Origin: Candidatus Limnocylindria bacterium
GTDB taxonomy: Bacteria; Chloroflexota; Limnocylindria; P2-11E
Length of the DNA stretch: 59,836 nt
Assembly: GCA_035937095.1 (NCBI GenBank)
Contig: DASYVN010000003.1
Span: forward strand, 1 to 59,836
Reading direction: 5' to 3'
Within the stretch, counting starts at the first letter, position 1. Every line of letters begins with the position of its first letter. The notes under the pieces were generated by a model. That model saw only the letters and a program-made list of their open reading frames with translations, ran no database searches and was not told the DNA's origin. This document shows positions 1 through 7,692 of the stretch, piece after piece. Both the position numbers and the translations under genes were made by a program.

Positions 1-1001
1 ATCGAACGGGCGTAGTCCATCCGACGCGGGCCGACGATGCCCACATATCCGACAACGCCGCTCGTTCCGCCACCGTAGCGACCGAACACGAGGCTGCAGT
101 CGAGCAGCGGCTCGACGCGGTTCTCGGCGCCGATCGCGACGTGCACCTCGCCCTCGCCGATGATCCGCGGCAGGAGCTCGGCCAGGCGGGTCCGGTCTTC
201 GAGCAGCGCGACCATCGCGCGCAGCCGCGCTGGATCGCCGGCACCGAACTCCGGCTGAGCGAGGATGTTCTGGATGCCGTCGTAGTAGACGTCGCTGGCG
301 CGGGCCGCTTCGGTCTCGGAAAGCATCCCCGCGAGCGCGCGCACGATCTGTTGCGCGACGCCGCGCTCGGACCGCGCGGCGTCGGCCAGCGACGCTGCGT
401 CCGCGCCGTGCCGCGTGTCGGTGAGGCGCTGCCCGAGGCTGCGGAGCTCGTCGGCGGTCGTGGGCTGGTCGAGGTCGAGCAGCTGCTGCCGGACCGCGCC
501 ACCCTCGAGGACCGCGACGATCAGGACCCGGCGGTCATGGATCGGCACCGCGTCGACGTGCTTGAGCGCGCTCTTGGTGCTCGCGGGCTGCGTCACGATC
601 GACGCCTCGGCGGACAGGCGCGCGAGCGTCGATGCCGCAAGCCGCAGCCACTGCGCGGTGTCGCGCTGGGCCTGCTGGAACTGGTGGCTCACGGTGAGCT
701 GCTCCTCGGGCTGGAGGGCAGTGTCCGGCATGAGGCTCTCGATGAAATAGCGATAGCCGAGGTCGGTCGGCACGCGCCCGGCGGAGGTGTGCGGGTGCGT
801 GAGGAGGCCGAGCTCCTCGAGCTCAGCGAGCTCGTTCCGCACCGTCGCCGACGACACCGGCAGGGCATAGCGGCGCACGAGCGCGCCCGACGCCACCGGC
901 TGGGCGGTCGAGATGAACTCGCGGATCACGGCGCGCAGGATGTCGCGCTGGCGGTCCGCCAGCTCGGGCAAGCTCACGCGCTCTGGGTTGTTTTCAGTCA
1001 A
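1..1001 (-). CDS. hrcA: Heat-inducible transcription repressor HrcA (3' end runs off the left window edge)
   Basis: Absent from the ORF track because it is open at the window edge. Reverse translation from 1001 gives TENNPERVSLPELADRQRDILRAVIREFISTAQPVASGALVRRYALPVSSATVRNELAELEELGLLTHPHTSAGRVPTDLGYRYF... and near the edge ...GYVGIVGPRRMDYARS, both typical HrcA blocks. Start is TTG 1001 or GTG 978. Confidence 0.85.
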   Translation of the reverse strand, partial: MTENNPERVSLPELADRQRDILRAVIREFISTAQPVASGALVRRYALPVSSATVRNELAELEELGLLTHPHTSAGRVPTDLGYRYFIESLMPDTALQPEEQLTVSHQFQQAQRDTAQWLRLAASTLARLSAEASIVTQPASTKSALKHVDAVPIHDRRVLIVAVLEGGAVRQQLLDLDQPTTADELRSLGQRLTDTRHGADAASLADAARSERGVAQQIVRALAGMLSETEAARASDVYYDGIQNILAQPEFGAGDPARLRAMVALLEDRTRLAELLPRIIGEGEVHVAIGAENRVEPLLDCSLVFGRYGGGTSGVVGYVGIVGPRRMDYARS

Positions 1002-1002
1002 A

Positions 1003-1029
1003 TTAGCACTCTCCCCCCGAGAGTGCTAA
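1003..1029. promoter_or_regulatory. CIRCE operator (HrcA binding site), perfect inverted repeat
   Basis: TTAGCACTC (1003-1011), a 9-nt spacer, then GAGTGCTAA (1021-1029). This matches the CIRCE consensus TTAGCACTC-N9-GAGTGCTAA exactly and lies directly upstream of hrcA. Confidence 0.92.
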
Positions 1030-1030
1030 A

Positions 1031-1059
1031 AGCGTACCAGCCGGAGTGGCGGTGGTCAA
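1031..1059 (-). promoter_or_regulatory. Putative sigma-A type promoter of hrcA
   Basis: On the minus strand: TTGACC (1059-1054), a 17-nt spacer, then TACGCT (1036-1031). CIRCE starts 2 nt downstream of the -10 element, the classical operator-over-TSS arrangement. Confidence 0.5.
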
Positions 1060-1135
1060 CGGTCCGCGGCCGGCGGGCAGGCAGGCACGCCGCCTGCTCG
1101 GTGACGGACGGAGATCCAAGGGAGAAGAAGCCGCC

Positions 1136-1558
1136 ATGTGGACCGAGTTCCGCACCTTCCTGGTCAAGACGAATGTGCTCGTGCTCGCGATCGCATTCAT
1201 CCTCGGCGTCGCCTTCGCCGCGGTCGTCTCGTCACTGGTCAAGGACATCATCATGCCGCCGGTCGGCATGCTCCTTGGAAAGGTCGACTTCTCGAACCTG
1301 TACATCAACCTGTCCGGTGGAAGCTACGCGTCGCTCGGGGACGCCCAGAAGGCCGGCGCGGCGACAGTCAACTACGGCATCTTCATCAACACGCTCATCG
1401 CGTTCATCATCGTCGCGTTCGTCGTGTTCCTCATCGCCAAGGCCCTCATCAAGCCGGGCCCAGCCGAAACGCCGTGCCCCTACTGCGGGATGACGATCAT
1501 GGCGTCGGCGACACGCTGCCCGCATTGCACCACTCAACTGGCGGCGCCGCTCAGCTGA
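1136..1558 (+). CDS. mscL: Large-conductance mechanosensitive channel MscL with C-terminal CxxC...CxxC tail
   Basis: Internal ATG of ORF 1046..1558, preceded by AAGGGAGAAG. The product MWTEFRTFLVKTNVLVLAIAFILGVAFAAVVSSLVKDIIMPPVG... is the MscL signature. The tail reads CPYCGMTIMASATRCPHC. Confidence 0.9.
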   Translation: MWTEFRTFLVKTNVLVLAIAFILGVAFAAVVSSLVKDIIMPPVGMLLGKVDFSNLYINLSGGSYASLGDAQKAGAATVNYGIFINTLIAFIIVAFVVFLIAKALIKPGPAETPCPYCGMTIMASATRCPHCTTQLAAPLS

Positions 1559-1563
1559 CCCCG

Positions 1564-1986
1564 CTAGTCCTTGGGAAGAGGCTCGGTCGCGGCGGGCTCC
1601 TCGGGGTGCGAGGCAAGGACGTTGCGCACGCGCTCGAGGAGCTCGTCCAGCTCGAACGGCTTGGTGAGGTAATCGGCGGCGCCGAGCTCCGTCGCATAGA
1701 GGCGCTCGGATAGGCCGAAGATGGCGGTGACGACGATCACCGGCAGCCCGCTGATGCGCCCGTCCGCGCGCAGCTCGCGCAGCACGCTGAAGCCGTCGCG
1801 CCGCGGCATCATGAGGTCGAGGATCATCACGGACGGCGACAGGTGATCCACGAGGCGCATGGCTTGATCTCCGTCGCGCGCGAGCTTCGCGTCGAGACCC
1901 TCGTCCTTGAGGAAGGTCACGATCGTGTCGCCGAGGTCCGGATCGTCTTCGACCACTAGCACGAGTGGCTTCCGCGTGCGGGCCAC
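1564..1986 (-). CDS. Stand-alone response regulator receiver (CheY-like)
   Basis: The REC motifs LVLVVEDD, ILDLMMP and TKPF are present. GTG 1986 sits 1 nt after the stop of the upstream crp-like gene; the track start at 2025 would overlap that gene by 38 nt. Confidence 0.8.
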   Translation of the reverse strand: MARTRKPLVLVVEDDPDLGDTIVTFLKDEGLDAKLARDGDQAMRLVDHLSPSVMILDLMMPRRDGFSVLRELRADGRISGLPVIVVTAIFGLSERLYATELGAADYLTKPFELDELLERVRNVLASHPEEPAATEPLPKD

Positions 1987-1987
1987 G

Positions 1988-2707
1988 CTAGACCCGGATC
2001 TCTTTGGCGAGCTTCTCGGGGTCACGGATGGCGATCTTCCGTCGCCGGATGCTGATGAGTTCGCGGCGTTCGAGGTCGCCCAGGACGCGGTTCACCGAGA
2101 CGCGCGATGCGCCCGTGAATGCCGCCAGCTCGTCTTGCGTCAAGGTGAGCTCCAGCTCTGCCGACCCACCGGACCCATTCACCTGGGCCAGATCCAGCAG
2201 ATATTTGGCCACCCGGCTCGGGACGTCCAGAAAGATGAGGTCCTCGACCCGGTCGGAGAGCCGCCGGACGGTCTTGGCGAGCGCCTCGAACACCACCTTC
2301 GTGGCCGCCGGGTGGGCCTCGACGAACGCGATGAAGTCCTCACCGGCGAGCAGCGCGCAGCGCGTGTCCTCGAGCGCCGTCGCCGTCGCCGACCGGGGGC
2401 CGTGATCGAAGAGGGCGAGCTCGCCGAAGAATTCGCCGCCGCGGAGGAGCGCGACGAGCGCCTCCTGCCCGAACTCACCGGGCAGGGCGATCTTCACCGC
2501 GCCTTCGAGCACGACGTAGAAGTGCTGCCCCTGATCGTCCTTCCGGAAGATGGTGTCGCCGCGCTTGAAGGCCTTCTGGCGCATCCGCTCGGCGAGCCCG
2601 GCCCGCTCGGCGTCGGACAGCTTGGCGAATAACGGCACCTGCCGGAGGTATTGGACGAGCTGCAGATCCGGCATCGCGGGGAACGGTACCGCACTCTTGA
2701 CGGCCAA
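1988..2707 (-). CDS. Crp/Fnr-family transcriptional regulator (cNMP-binding domain + HTH)
   Basis: It has FGELALFD...PRSATA (cNMP-binding) and TQDELAAFTGASRVSVNRVLGDLE (HTH). Start may be TTG 2707 or ATG 2674. Confidence 0.85.
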   Translation of the reverse strand: MAVKSAVPFPAMPDLQLVQYLRQVPLFAKLSDAERAGLAERMRQKAFKRGDTIFRKDDQGQHFYVVLEGAVKIALPGEFGQEALVALLRGGEFFGELALFDHGPRSATATALEDTRCALLAGEDFIAFVEAHPAATKVVFEALAKTVRRLSDRVEDLIFLDVPSRVAKYLLDLAQVNGSGGSAELELTLTQDELAAFTGASRVSVNRVLGDLERRELISIRRRKIAIRDPEKLAKEIRV

Positions 2708-2724
2708 CGCATCATTTGCGGTCC

Positions 2725-3714
2725 ATGGACGAGGTCTATATCTCGGGCGCCCTCACCGCCGTCGCTGATGGCGCACGGGCGCGCGTCTTCTACGAGCTGC
2801 TCGCGGAGATCGTGACGGGGTGCGGGCTGCGCCCGTACCTGCCCCACCAGTCGACCGATCCGGTCGCGGCGCCGGACCTTGATCCGCGCAGCGTGTACGA
2901 CATCGATCGCGCGCGCGTCGCGCGAAGCGGCCTGGTCATCGCCTACGCCGGCACGCCGGCATTCGGAGTGGGCATCGAGGTCGAGATCGCGCGCGAGCGC
3001 GGGATCCCGGTGATCCTCGTCGCCGAGCGCGACCGGACCGTCTCGCGGATCCTCCTTGGCTCGCCGGCGGTGGTCGACGTCGTGCGGTTCACCGACCTCG
3101 CCGCGCTCCGCCAGGGCCTCGGCGACGCGATCGCACGGGTGACCAAGCGCGCGAGCGAGCAGGCGCCGGACGCGGTCGTGCAGCGGTTCCTGAGCAGCCT
3201 CGGTGCGGCGCGGCAGCTCCCCGAGGCCGAGGTGGCCGCGCTCCTCCGCGTCGCCGAGCTCGACGGGGAGCCGGCCGCGGCGATCCGCCGGGCCGTCGGC
3301 GAGGGCCGGCTCTTCGGCGCGGGCCTGCGTGACCTCGTCGGTCGCCACGCGCTGCGCGGCGCGGACCTCGCGGTGTTCGTCCTGCACGACATCCTCGAGC
3401 GGCCCTTCGCCGACATCGCCCGTACCCTCGGTGCGGACCCGAGGACCGTCCGCCACCGGGTCGAGCAGGCCCGGATCAAGCTGCAGCTCGCGGCCGACGC
3501 CGACCTCGCGGTCATAGGACAATGGCTCGTGACCGAGCTCATCGCGCCCCCGACGCGCGCCCTGCAGCTCCGTCTTTTTGGCGATCAGACCGCGCCTGCG
3601 GCAGACGCCGGTCGCGGTCATCAGAAACGGGAGAACGATGAGCAAGGGCCAACGCAAGCAGAAGACCACCGGCAAGCTGGGCTGGCGGTCGAAGAAGGCG
3701 AATCACGGGCGTAA
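2725..3714 (+). CDS. Fusion protein: nucleoside 2-deoxyribosyltransferase-like (NDT/flavodoxin-like) N-domain + sigma-70 region-4-type HTH
   Basis: The N-terminus MDEVYISGAL...SGLVIAYAGTPAFGVGIEVEIARERGIPVILV matches the NDT-superfamily pattern. The C-terminal part FVLHDILERPFADIARTLGADPRTVRHRVEQARIKL looks like sigma70_r4. The last ~45 aa look non-native and overlap the small ORF at 3638, so the true stop or tail is uncertain. Confidence 0.6.
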   Translation: MDEVYISGALTAVADGARARVFYELLAEIVTGCGLRPYLPHQSTDPVAAPDLDPRSVYDIDRARVARSGLVIAYAGTPAFGVGIEVEIARERGIPVILVAERDRTVSRILLGSPAVVDVVRFTDLAALRQGLGDAIARVTKRASEQAPDAVVQRFLSSLGAARQLPEAEVAALLRVAELDGEPAAAIRRAVGEGRLFGAGLRDLVGRHALRGADLAVFVLHDILERPFADIARTLGADPRTVRHRVEQARIKLQLAADADLAVIGQWLVTELIAPPTRALQLRLFGDQTAPAADAGRGHQKRENDEQGPTQAEDHRQAGLAVEEGESRA

Positions 3715-3745
3715 GCCCGGGATGGGTCGCGGGAAGCGCAACTAG
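3638..3745 (+). CDS. Small (35 aa) highly basic protein resembling actinobacterial ribosomal protein bL37
   Basis: Too short for the ORF track. ATG 3638 is preceded by GGGAGA. The product is MSKGQRKQKTTGKLGWRSKKANHGRKPGMGRGKRN, and its KKANHGRKP core resembles the KANHGKRPN motif I recall for mycobacterial bL37. A strong hairpin terminator follows 20 nt downstream. Confidence 0.5.
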   Translation: MSKGQRKQKTTGKLGWRSKKANHGRKPGMGRGKRN

Positions 3746-3765
3746 GGCGCGATCAGCCTGAAATG

Positions 3766-3810
3766 AAGGAGCCGCCCCCCATGCGAATGGCGGGGCGGCT
3801 CCTTTGTATT
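3766..3810. terminator. Bidirectional intrinsic terminator between convergent genes
   Basis: A 13-bp perfect stem, AAGGAGCCGCCCC (3766-3778) paired with GGGGCGGCTCCTT (3792-3804), is followed by TGTATT on the plus strand. The minus-strand trail is also T-rich. Confidence 0.7.
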
Positions 3811-3825
3811 CCTGCTCGGTGGCGC

Positions 3826-4233
3826 CTATTTGCGCTTGCGGGTGCTCTTCTTCCGCCCGGTGCTCTTGCGGGCGGTCGTCTTCTTCTTGCGTGCGCCGGT
3901 GCTCTTCCGGGCGGTCGTCTTCTTGCGCCCGGTGCTCTTCCGTGCCGTCGTCTTCTTGCGACCCGTCGTCTTGCGCCCGGTCGTCTTCCGTCCGGTGCTC
4001 TTCCGCGCGGTCGTCTTCTTGCGACCGCTGCTGGAGGTCGTCTTCTTGCGACCAGCCGCGCCGCCGCTCCGCGTGGTCTTCTTTCGTCCACCGCCGCTCG
4101 TGCCGCTCGATGCGGGCATCGGCGCCGGCGGCGGGGGCGTGCCCGGAAGCGGTGACGGCCAGCTCGACGCCGGCTCTTGCTGTGATCCGGACCACGTGTC
4201 GCCGCGATTGCCCTGTTCCATTGAGTCCTCCAC
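3826..4233 (-). CDS. Lys/Thr/Arg-rich tandem-repeat protein (histone H1/Hc-like, putative nucleoid-associated)
   Basis: The product contains ...GRKKTTARKSTGRKTTGRKTTGRKKTTARKSTGRKKTTARKSTG.... All six frames are open here. This frame has nearly all G/C at third codon positions (AAG AAG ACG ACC GCC CGG AAG AGC ACC GGC) and stops just before the terminator hairpin. Confidence 0.55.
   Translation of the reverse strand: MEDSMEQGNRGDTWSGSQQEPASSWPSPLPGTPPPPAPMPASSGTSGGGRKKTTRSGGAAGRKKTTSSSGRKKTTARKSTGRKTTGRKTTGRKKTTARKSTGRKKTTARKSTGARKKKTTARKSTGRKKSTRKRK
3841..4075. repeat. About 33-bp tandem coding repeats (unit CCGGTGCTCTTCCGGGCGGTCGTCTTCTTGCGC and variants)
   Basis: I can read about 5-6 imperfect head-to-tail copies. 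They encode the RKKTTARKSTG unit of the 3826..4233 protein. Confidence 0.7.
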
Positions 4234-4316
4234 CTATTGATGCGCTCCGAGAGGTGAGGCATATCGCGTTCTCGTCATCGTCGCAAGCGGACGAGCGACG
4301 AGACGACACGCGGGGG

Positions 4317-5750
4317 TCACGGTCCGGTGCACCCGCGCTGCGCGATCGATGTCGGATCGCCTAGGGCGAGCCCGAGCTGCGCCCGCTCCGCGGTGTCCGC
4401 TGTTACGCGGAGGGCGTACGCACCGGCGAGCATCGGTGTGCCAAGCGTACCGGCGTACACGCCGTACCGATCGGTGACGGCGCGGAACGCGTAGTGCTGG
4501 CCCTGGCCGTCGACCGTCACGGCGATGCCGCTCTGCGGGCGGAAGCCGTAGGCGTACCAGATGCGCAGGCCATCTGGCCGCGCGGCGGAGACGAAGAGGC
4601 CCTGCCGGCACACCCCGAGAGCCCGGCCGGGCAGCTCGACCAGGAAGTGCGCGAGCGGCTCGCCGAGGGCGTCGGCGATCGCCGCGTCCGGCGGCCTGCC
4701 CGCGCCGATGCGCTCGAGCATCGCGACCAGCCCGGCGCGGCCGATTCGGTCCTCGAGGACGCGAACCGCTTCCGCCGCGACCCCGTAACCGTGTCCGCCG
4801 AGGTCGGTGTTGTACTGCAGCCACGACCGCTCGGAGCCGGTCATCGTGAGCGCCTCCGGATCGTTGCCGAGGATGGACAACGCGCTCGCCCGGTCGAAAC
4901 CGTAGGGGTCGCGCTCCTCGACCACGGTCGCGAGGCCCTCATCGAGCCAGGCCGGCACAGCGTCGCTTGACAACCGGTGGATGGCAACGTGGGTCAGCTC
5001 GTGACGGAAGATGGCGGTGCGGCCCGCGTTGAGGACGCTCTCGCCGTTGATCGCGATGGCGTCGATGCCGGCGAGCGTGATCCCTCCGGTCTGGCGGGAC
5101 AAGAAGCCGGCGGTGTCGGCCGAAAAACCGAACAGGCGCTCCAGCGCGTTCGCGAAAGACTGCCGGGAAGTGAAGAGGAACACCGCGGGCGGATCGCCGA
5201 AGCCGCGCGAGAAGTAGGCCTGTACCGCGGCGGCGTCGTCGAGGAGCGTCGCGTCGATCGCGTCTGCGATCGCCGTCGACATGGACGTCTCGGTCCACAA
5301 CTCGACCGCGCCCGTGCCGGTGCGGCGGAACTCAGGCCCGAGGCGCTGCCGGAGCAGGACGAGCGCGACCTCGCGCTGGAGCGCCTGCGCTGACTGCGAG
5401 CTTGCGGGCGGCGTGAGACAGAACCCCGGGGCATCGCCGGAGGCGAGCTGCGCGCAGGCATCCTGCCGGCGGGCCAACAGCATGGCCGGATCGCCGGTGC
5501 CGATCGCGGCCGGCAACGCGAGGCAGAACGAGGCGAGCGCCGCAGCGTCTTCGCAGGGGCGGGCCTGGTCGATGAACCGCCCCGGGGAGGCATCCGGTGA
5601 ACGGAATGGCGGCAGGGTCGCGCAGAACGTCAGCGCCGCGGATCCGCAATCCGCCGTCCCGGGCGCGGCCGACAACCGCGGGGCGATCCAGAGGAGCAGC
5701 GCGACGGCAACGCCGGCGGCGGCGAGGAGGGCGAGCCGGGTGCGGCTCAG
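4317..5750 (-). CDS. Membrane-anchored/secreted HExxH metallopeptidase-like protein (MA-clan like)
   Basis: It has FRHELTHVAIHRL (HExxH) and an N-terminal TM/signal segment LALLAAAGVAVALLLWIA. The track start at 5996 would overlap the upstream gene by 250 nt. I place the start at CTG 5750, which overlaps the upstream TGA (CTGA), but this is uncertain. Confidence 0.6.
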   Translation of the reverse strand: MSRTRLALLAAAGVAVALLLWIAPRLSAAPGTADCGSAALTFCATLPPFRSPDASPGRFIDQARPCEDAAALASFCLALPAAIGTGDPAMLLARRQDACAQLASGDAPGFCLTPPASSQSAQALQREVALVLLRQRLGPEFRRTGTGAVELWTETSMSTAIADAIDATLLDDAAAVQAYFSRGFGDPPAVFLFTSRQSFANALERLFGFSADTAGFLSRQTGGITLAGIDAIAINGESVLNAGRTAIFRHELTHVAIHRLSSDAVPAWLDEGLATVVEERDPYGFDRASALSILGNDPEALTMTGSERSWLQYNTDLGGHGYGVAAEAVRVLEDRIGRAGLVAMLERIGAGRPPDAAIADALGEPLAHFLVELPGRALGVCRQGLFVSAARPDGLRIWYAYGFRPQSGIAVTVDGQGQHYAFRAVTDRYGVYAGTLGTPMLAGAYALRVTADTAERAQLGLALGDPTSIAQRGCTGP

Positions 5751-6664
5751 GTCTTCGGCTCGGCCAGGAGGTACGCGCCCACGCCGATGAGCACGACCGG
5801 CACGAGGAACGGCTCGAGCGAGTCTGGGATCAGCGATGTGCCGGTCACCAAACGCCCGGCGGCGACGACGCCGAGCAGCACTGCCGGCACCAGCGGCCAG
5901 CGGCGCTGCGGCGCAAGCCCGAATGCGACGACGAATCCGATCGCGATCACGCCGACGAACGCCGGGGCCGCGGACTCCGGCCGCATTGAGATCCACGTCG
6001 GGAGCAGGAGCGCGACCCCGAACGAGATCAGCGTGACCATCGGGATGAGGTACACGTACTGGCGCCCACGAACGTACGAGATGAGGAACGCGACGCCCAT
6101 CGAGATGAAGAGATAGGACGCCGCGTTCGGCACGCCGAGCGGTTGCAACACGAACGGCACGCCGAGTGCGATCACGACGAGCCCGCCGAGCACGCCGCGG
6201 CGGCGCGGTGGTGTTGGCGCGATGACCAGAGCGGCCGGAGCCGGAGCCGGCGCCGGCGTTTCGACGACGGCCGGCGATGGAACAGCGGCGGTACCACGCG
6301 GCGAGCGGGGGCGGGAGCCCTGGAAGCGGATCTCTTCGCGCAGCACGCTCGCTTTGATCGGCTTCGTCAGGTAGTTATCGAAGCCGCTCGCAAGCCCGAG
6401 GCTACGGTCTTGATCGCTGGTGTATCCGCTGAGCGCGAGCAGTCGAGCGTCGACTCCCGCCGCTCTCATCTGCCGGGCGAGCGCGAAGCCATTCACATCG
6501 GGCAGCCCGATGTCACAGAGGATGAGGTCGAACGGCTCGGCCACGGCCCGCTCACGTCCGGCGGTACCGGTCGTTTCGGTCACGACGGTGTGTCCGTCAC
6601 GCTCGAGCGTCTGGCCGAGCAGCTCGGTGGTCGGCTCGTCGTCGTCGATGACGAGGATCCGCAT
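5747..6664 (-). CDS. Response regulator receiver fused to a multi-TM membrane domain (LiaF/PspC-TM-like)
   Basis: Internal ATG 6664 gives MRILVIDDDEPTTELLGQTLERDGH...DIGLPDVNG...TKPI (REC). A Pro-rich linker follows, then about 6 hydrophobic helices. The Arg-rich N-extension in track ORF 5747..6952 is rejected. Confidence 0.8.
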   Translation of the reverse strand: MRILVIDDDEPTTELLGQTLERDGHTVVTETTGTAGRERAVAEPFDLILCDIGLPDVNGFALARQMRAAGVDARLLALSGYTSDQDRSLGLASGFDNYLTKPIKASVLREEIRFQGSRPRSPRGTAAVPSPAVVETPAPAPAPAALVIAPTPPRRRGVLGGLVVIALGVPFVLQPLGVPNAASYLFISMGVAFLISYVRGRQYVYLIPMVTLISFGVALLLPTWISMRPESAAPAFVGVIAIGFVVAFGLAPQRRWPLVPAVLLGVVAAGRLVTGTSLIPDSLEPFLVPVVLIGVGAYLLAEPKT

Positions 6665-6669
6665 TGCCG

Positions 6670-7692
6670 CTAGCGGTAAGCGGCGCTGGACGTCTGCGGA
6701 CCGCCGGGAATCGCGCCGTCGACACGAGCGGACGGCTGTTCGCGCAGGCGGAGGAAGAGCCGAACAAAGCGTTCGTCCCACTGGCTCCCGGCGCCGGTCG
6801 CGAGCCGCCGCGTGGCCTCGTCGCATGGCAGGCCGGCGCGGTACGGACGGTCGGTGACCATGGCGTCCCACGCGTCGGCGACCGCGACGATGCGCGCGCC
6901 GATGGGGATCGAATCGCCGGAAAGGCCGTCGGGATACCCGGCGCCGTCCCACCGCTCGTGGTGATGGCGGATGATCGGCAGGTAGTGGGCGGTGCTGCGC
7001 AACGGCGCGCAGATCCGTTCCCCCTCGAGCGAATGCCCCTTCATGACCGCGAATTCCTCGGCGGTGAGCGGGCCGGGCTTCGACAGGATGGCATCGCGGA
7101 TCCCGATCTTTCCGAGGTCATGGAGCACCCCGCCGCGGTAGACGACGTCCAGGTCGTCGGCGTCGAGTCCGTACGCCTCGGCGACTCCGCGGGCGTACTC
7201 GCCGACGCGCTCCGCGTGGAGCACGGTGTAGCTGTCGCGGGCCTCGACGGCGCGGGCCATCGCGAGGAGGACCGACTCGGCCGCGTCGAGCTTGAGGTTG
7301 AGTGCGCGATCGCGCAGCAGGACCTTCGTCCGGACGAGCAGCTCCTGAGCGTCGAACGGCTTGGTCAGGAAGTCGTCGGCGCCGGCCTCGAGACCCGCGA
7401 GCCGGGTCGCGCGATCGGTGCGCGCGGTGATGAGCACGACCGGCACGAGACGTCGCAGCGGATGAGACTTGATCCGGCGGCAGACGTCGAGACCATTGAT
7501 CTTCGGCATCTCGACATCGAGGAGCACCAGGTCCGGCTCGGCGTCCGCGATCGCATCGAGCGCGGCCTGTCCGTCGGCGGCCTCTCGGACGTCGTAGCCC
7601 AGGGCAGCGAGCTGGCCTTCGAGCAGCTCACGATTCGCTTGGATGTCGTCGACGACTAGGACGAGCGGTCGCCGCTTCGCGCTCGAGATCAC
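6670..7692 (-). CDS. Response regulator with HD-GYP phosphodiesterase domain (RpfG-like)
   Basis: REC motifs (LVLVVDDIQANRELL, LLDVEMP, TKPF) are followed by HD-GYP motifs (VLHDLGKIG, HHHERWDGAGYPDGL). A GTGA overlap links it to the upstream gene. Confidence 0.9.
   Translation of the reverse strand: MISSAKRRPLVLVVDDIQANRELLEGQLAALGYDVREAADGQAALDAIADAEPDLVLLDVEMPKINGLDVCRRIKSHPLRRLVPVVLITARTDRATRLAGLEAGADDFLTKPFDAQELLVRTKVLLRDRALNLKLDAAESVLLAMARAVEARDSYTVLHAERVGEYARGVAEAYGLDADDLDVVYRGGVLHDLGKIGIRDAILSKPGPLTAEEFAVMKGHSLEGERICAPLRSTAHYLPIIRHHHERWDGAGYPDGLSGDSIPIGARIVAVADAWDAMVTDRPYRAGLPCDEATRRLATGAGSQWDERFVRLFLRLREQPSARVDGAIPGGPQTSSAAYR

Noticed and set aside
141-1493. 450-aa plus-strand ORF (with nested ORFs 415..750 and 1003..1308)
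   Set aside because: It is antisense to a clearly recognisable hrcA and runs through CIRCE into mscL in another frame. The product is Arg/Ala/Gly/Pro-rich low-complexity sequence typical of high-GC shadow frames.
2494-3675. 393-aa minus-strand ORF and other ORFs overlapping 2716..3714
   Set aside because: It has shadow-frame composition (R/D/G/P-rich) and no motifs. The opposite strand carries recognisable NDT-like and sigma-r4 motifs.
3539-4364. Five alternative long ORFs (3539..4309-, 3753..4262-, 3763..4155+, 3804..4364+, 3830..4240+) across the 33-bp repeat region
   Set aside because: The repeats keep all frames open. These alternatives give poly-Arg/Pro/Cys/Ser or Val/Phe/Leu strings and poorer third-position GC than the chosen Lys-rich frame. 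The call remains only moderately confident.
5747-6952. N-terminal 96-aa extension of the REC-TM gene, plus similar long extensions of murJ (to 16655), the orf after lepA (to 13633), dedA (to 28516), GT4 (from 30691), GNAT (from 50719), aquaporin (from 53472) and LTD-like (to 53977)
   Set aside because: The extensions are Arg-rich nonsense that overlaps well-supported neighbouring genes. Internal starts give canonical family N-termini, SD sequences or 4-nt coupling overlaps.
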